Below, piece by piece: positions 23,150 to 25,009 of a stretch of DNA of 25,009 bases (within the stretch, counting starts at the first letter, position 1; every line of letters starts with the position of its first letter). The stretch is from Octopus sinensis (Eukaryota). The notes under the pieces are model-generated. The model was not told the DNA's origin. It was given only the letters and a program-made list of their open reading frames with translations, and searched no databases. The stretch covers positions 1 through 25,009 of the forward strand of contig NW_021836255.1 in NCBI RefSeq assembly GCF_006345805.1, read 5' to 3'. Position numbers and translations under genes: made by a program.

Positions 23150-23556
23150 GAATAAAAGTAATAAAAGTCATTATTGTGAATTGTTAAAGAGATTCAAAAG
23201 CATACCGGTTTCGTAAAATTACTGATCACTGCTTTGAATGCTCACCGATATATATATATATATATATCGGGAGTAAAAAGATTATGTGTAAGGGAAGTAA
23301 GTAGTTCGGGATTTGATACAATTAGGGTAGATATAGATCTGTAATGTGAATGGTGTATGGCATGTATGGGGGTTAGTTGTATTCATTGAAAAGTTTCTAG
23401 TGTTCTGTATTATGTTATGTGTTCATATTGAGTGTGGAAGATATTTATTGATGAAAGTTGCCTCTTTATTTATTTTTTGTTGTACTGAGGTGTTCTGTGA
23501 ACATTGATAGAAGGGGAAATTAGGAAATTAGGATTAAGATTCCTAGCACACCTTTC
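23150..23556 (-). mobile_element. Second Penelope-like remnant: GIY-YIG C-terminus plus 3' region with HHR-4
   Basis: With two frame corrections it reads ERCARNLNPNFLIFPFYQCSQNTSVQQKINKEATFINKYLPHLN (E..FI....P.LN end motif), followed ~180 nt downstream by an HHR fold. Confidence 0.65.
23197..23235 (-). ncRNA. Hammerhead-like motif with a mutated core (HHR-4)
   Basis: Minus strand: AAAGCA-GTGATCA-GTA(attt)TAC-GAAA-CCGG-TA-TGCTTT. All three stems are intact and stem III is palindromic ACCGGT, but the core reads GUGAUCA rather than CUGAUGA. Confidence 0.65.
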
Positions 23557-23564
23557 TATATATA

Positions 23565-24415
23565 TAATATAATTTTCCCGGATTAGTTATGTTTGGTATA
23601 AAAAAAACAACTTTATCTGTTTTACATCATCTCCTTCGAAATAGCCATCTTGCGTAGGAGTCATTTCCCGCAAGCGAATCGAGGAACTTCTGTGATTCGC
23701 TCTTGGTCTCGACAACGGTGTTAAAACGGTTACCTTTGAGTTGCATTTCCACCATGGGGGGAAGACGGAAGTCCGGAGGTGCTAAATCTGGCGAATAGAG
23801 CGGGTGCAGAGCGATACCAAGTTGTTTTTGACGAGAAACTCACGAGCGAGGAGATCTCGATGACAGGATGCATTGTGGTCGTCAAGAATCCAATTCTTCG
23901 CTTCCCACAGATCCGGTTGCTTTCGCCAAATGTTCTCCCTCAGTCACCTCAAATCATTGCAAGAGAACTCTCGATTGACAGTCTGGCTCTGGGTGACGAA
24001 TTCTCGATGCACAATACCACGGATGATGTAAAAAAAAAGCGATGATCTTGATTGAGCTGCGGGGTTTTCGTGCCTTTTGAAGCGCCCGTACCACTCGAAA
24101 TATTGCGTACGAACCATTGCCTCAATGCTTTAAGCTTACCGAAGCATACCCTATGTCTCTGTAGCAGACTTGCCAAGTTTAACGCAAAAAATTCACGTTA
24201 GCACCTTGTTCCTGACCGTGACAAAATCTCAGACTACAGCATACACATGATCACAAAAACACGAATTTCACAACTTGCGAAGTAAACACAACGATATCAC
24301 TCGGCATACTACCGCATGAAGATCACTGCTAGGTCTCACTGCGCACGCAACCGTGTGCTACCATCCGTTGGCGCGATACAGAACTAGTCCTGGAATCTTT
24401 TGATACCACATCGTA
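23565..24415 (-). mobile_element. Second decayed, internally deleted mariner transposon
   Basis: Minus-strand fragments IRGIVHREFVTQSQTVNREF, RKQPDLWEAKNWILDDHNASCHR, HPLYSPDLAPPDF and LKGNRFNTV. TIR-like TACGATGTGGTATCAAAAGATTCCAGGACTAGTT ends at TA 24414-24415, with a degenerate partner TTTTCCCGGATTAGTT at ~23573. Confidence 0.88.
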
Positions 24416-24441
24416 TATATATATAAATGCATACATACACA

Positions 24442-24517
<76 letters not shown>

Positions 24518-24519
<2 letters not shown>

Positions 24520-24720
24520 CGGGAAAGTTTACGAAAATAAACAAAAGACGAAGGCAGGTGGAGTACAAACAAACAAATGTATTAGTATGGCGCTCAGGAA
24601 TAGAAATAGAAAAAGTCTTTTACGTTTCGAGCCTACGCTCTTCGACAGAAAGATACACAGAAAAGAAACAAGGAGAGAAACAAGGCGAGAAAAAAATGCG
24701 TGTAGGAGCGAACAATCTAT
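24518..24720 (-). mobile_element. Short non-coding Penelope pLTR-like element carrying HHR-5
   Basis: A ~200-nt unit, pyrimidine-rich on the minus strand, between (TA)n and (TACA)n, with a central HHR fold. Confidence 0.6.
24616..24653 (-). ncRNA. Minimal type I hammerhead variant (HHR-5, A6U core)
   Basis: Minus strand: TCTTT-CTGTCGA-A-GAGC(gtag)GCTC-GAAA-CG-TA-AAAGA. Stems I and II are perfect, stem III is palindromic ACGT, and the cleavage triplet is GUA. Confidence 0.72.
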
Positions 24721-24736
24721 CATACATACATACATA

Positions 24737-24898
24737 AAACGAGCTTCCACAGAATTTCCTTCAGCCAAATTCATTCACAAGGCATTGCTCGTTCCGGTGC
24801 TATACTGAAAGACATTTGCCCAAAGTGTCTTGCAGAAGAACTGAACACGAAACCACGTTGTTGTAAGATGGGCTTCTTAACCACAAAGCCCTGACTAC
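24737..24898 (-). mobile_element. Old family-A-like SINE 5' half
   Basis: CCAAATTCATTCACAAGGCATTG, GACATTTGCCCAA, ACTGAAC and CTTCTTAACCACA resemble the family A head. Confidence 0.7.
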
Positions 24899-25009
24899 CC
24901 CTAATTTAAATACCACGACCTGGAACCGATTCCGTCAAACTATCCTACTATATTAGTCAATATATAGAATCAGATTATGGTCTACAATTACTGGAGATCT
25001 TTGCAAGTT

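Overview
Repeat-dense, AT-rich eukaryotic DNA with no confidently identifiable host gene. The microsatellite and SINE content suggests an octopus/cephalopod genome (inference). Most ORFs in the track are microsatellite artefacts. The real content is: a ~3.6 kb CR1-type LINE on the minus strand (CCCH-finger ORF1, then APE endonuclease and RT) whose five frameshifts all look like single-base homopolymer deletions; two decayed mariner transposons; two Penelope-like (GIY-YIG) remnants; about 12 tRNA-derived SINE copies from several families; and a ~720 bp foldback. The most notable signal is five minimal type I hammerhead ribozyme (HHR) motifs with palindromic stem III, each in a different repeat context. 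One lies inside a TSD-flanked tRNA-headed SINE, and one sits at the apex of a 142-nt rod-like hairpin (retrozyme-like).
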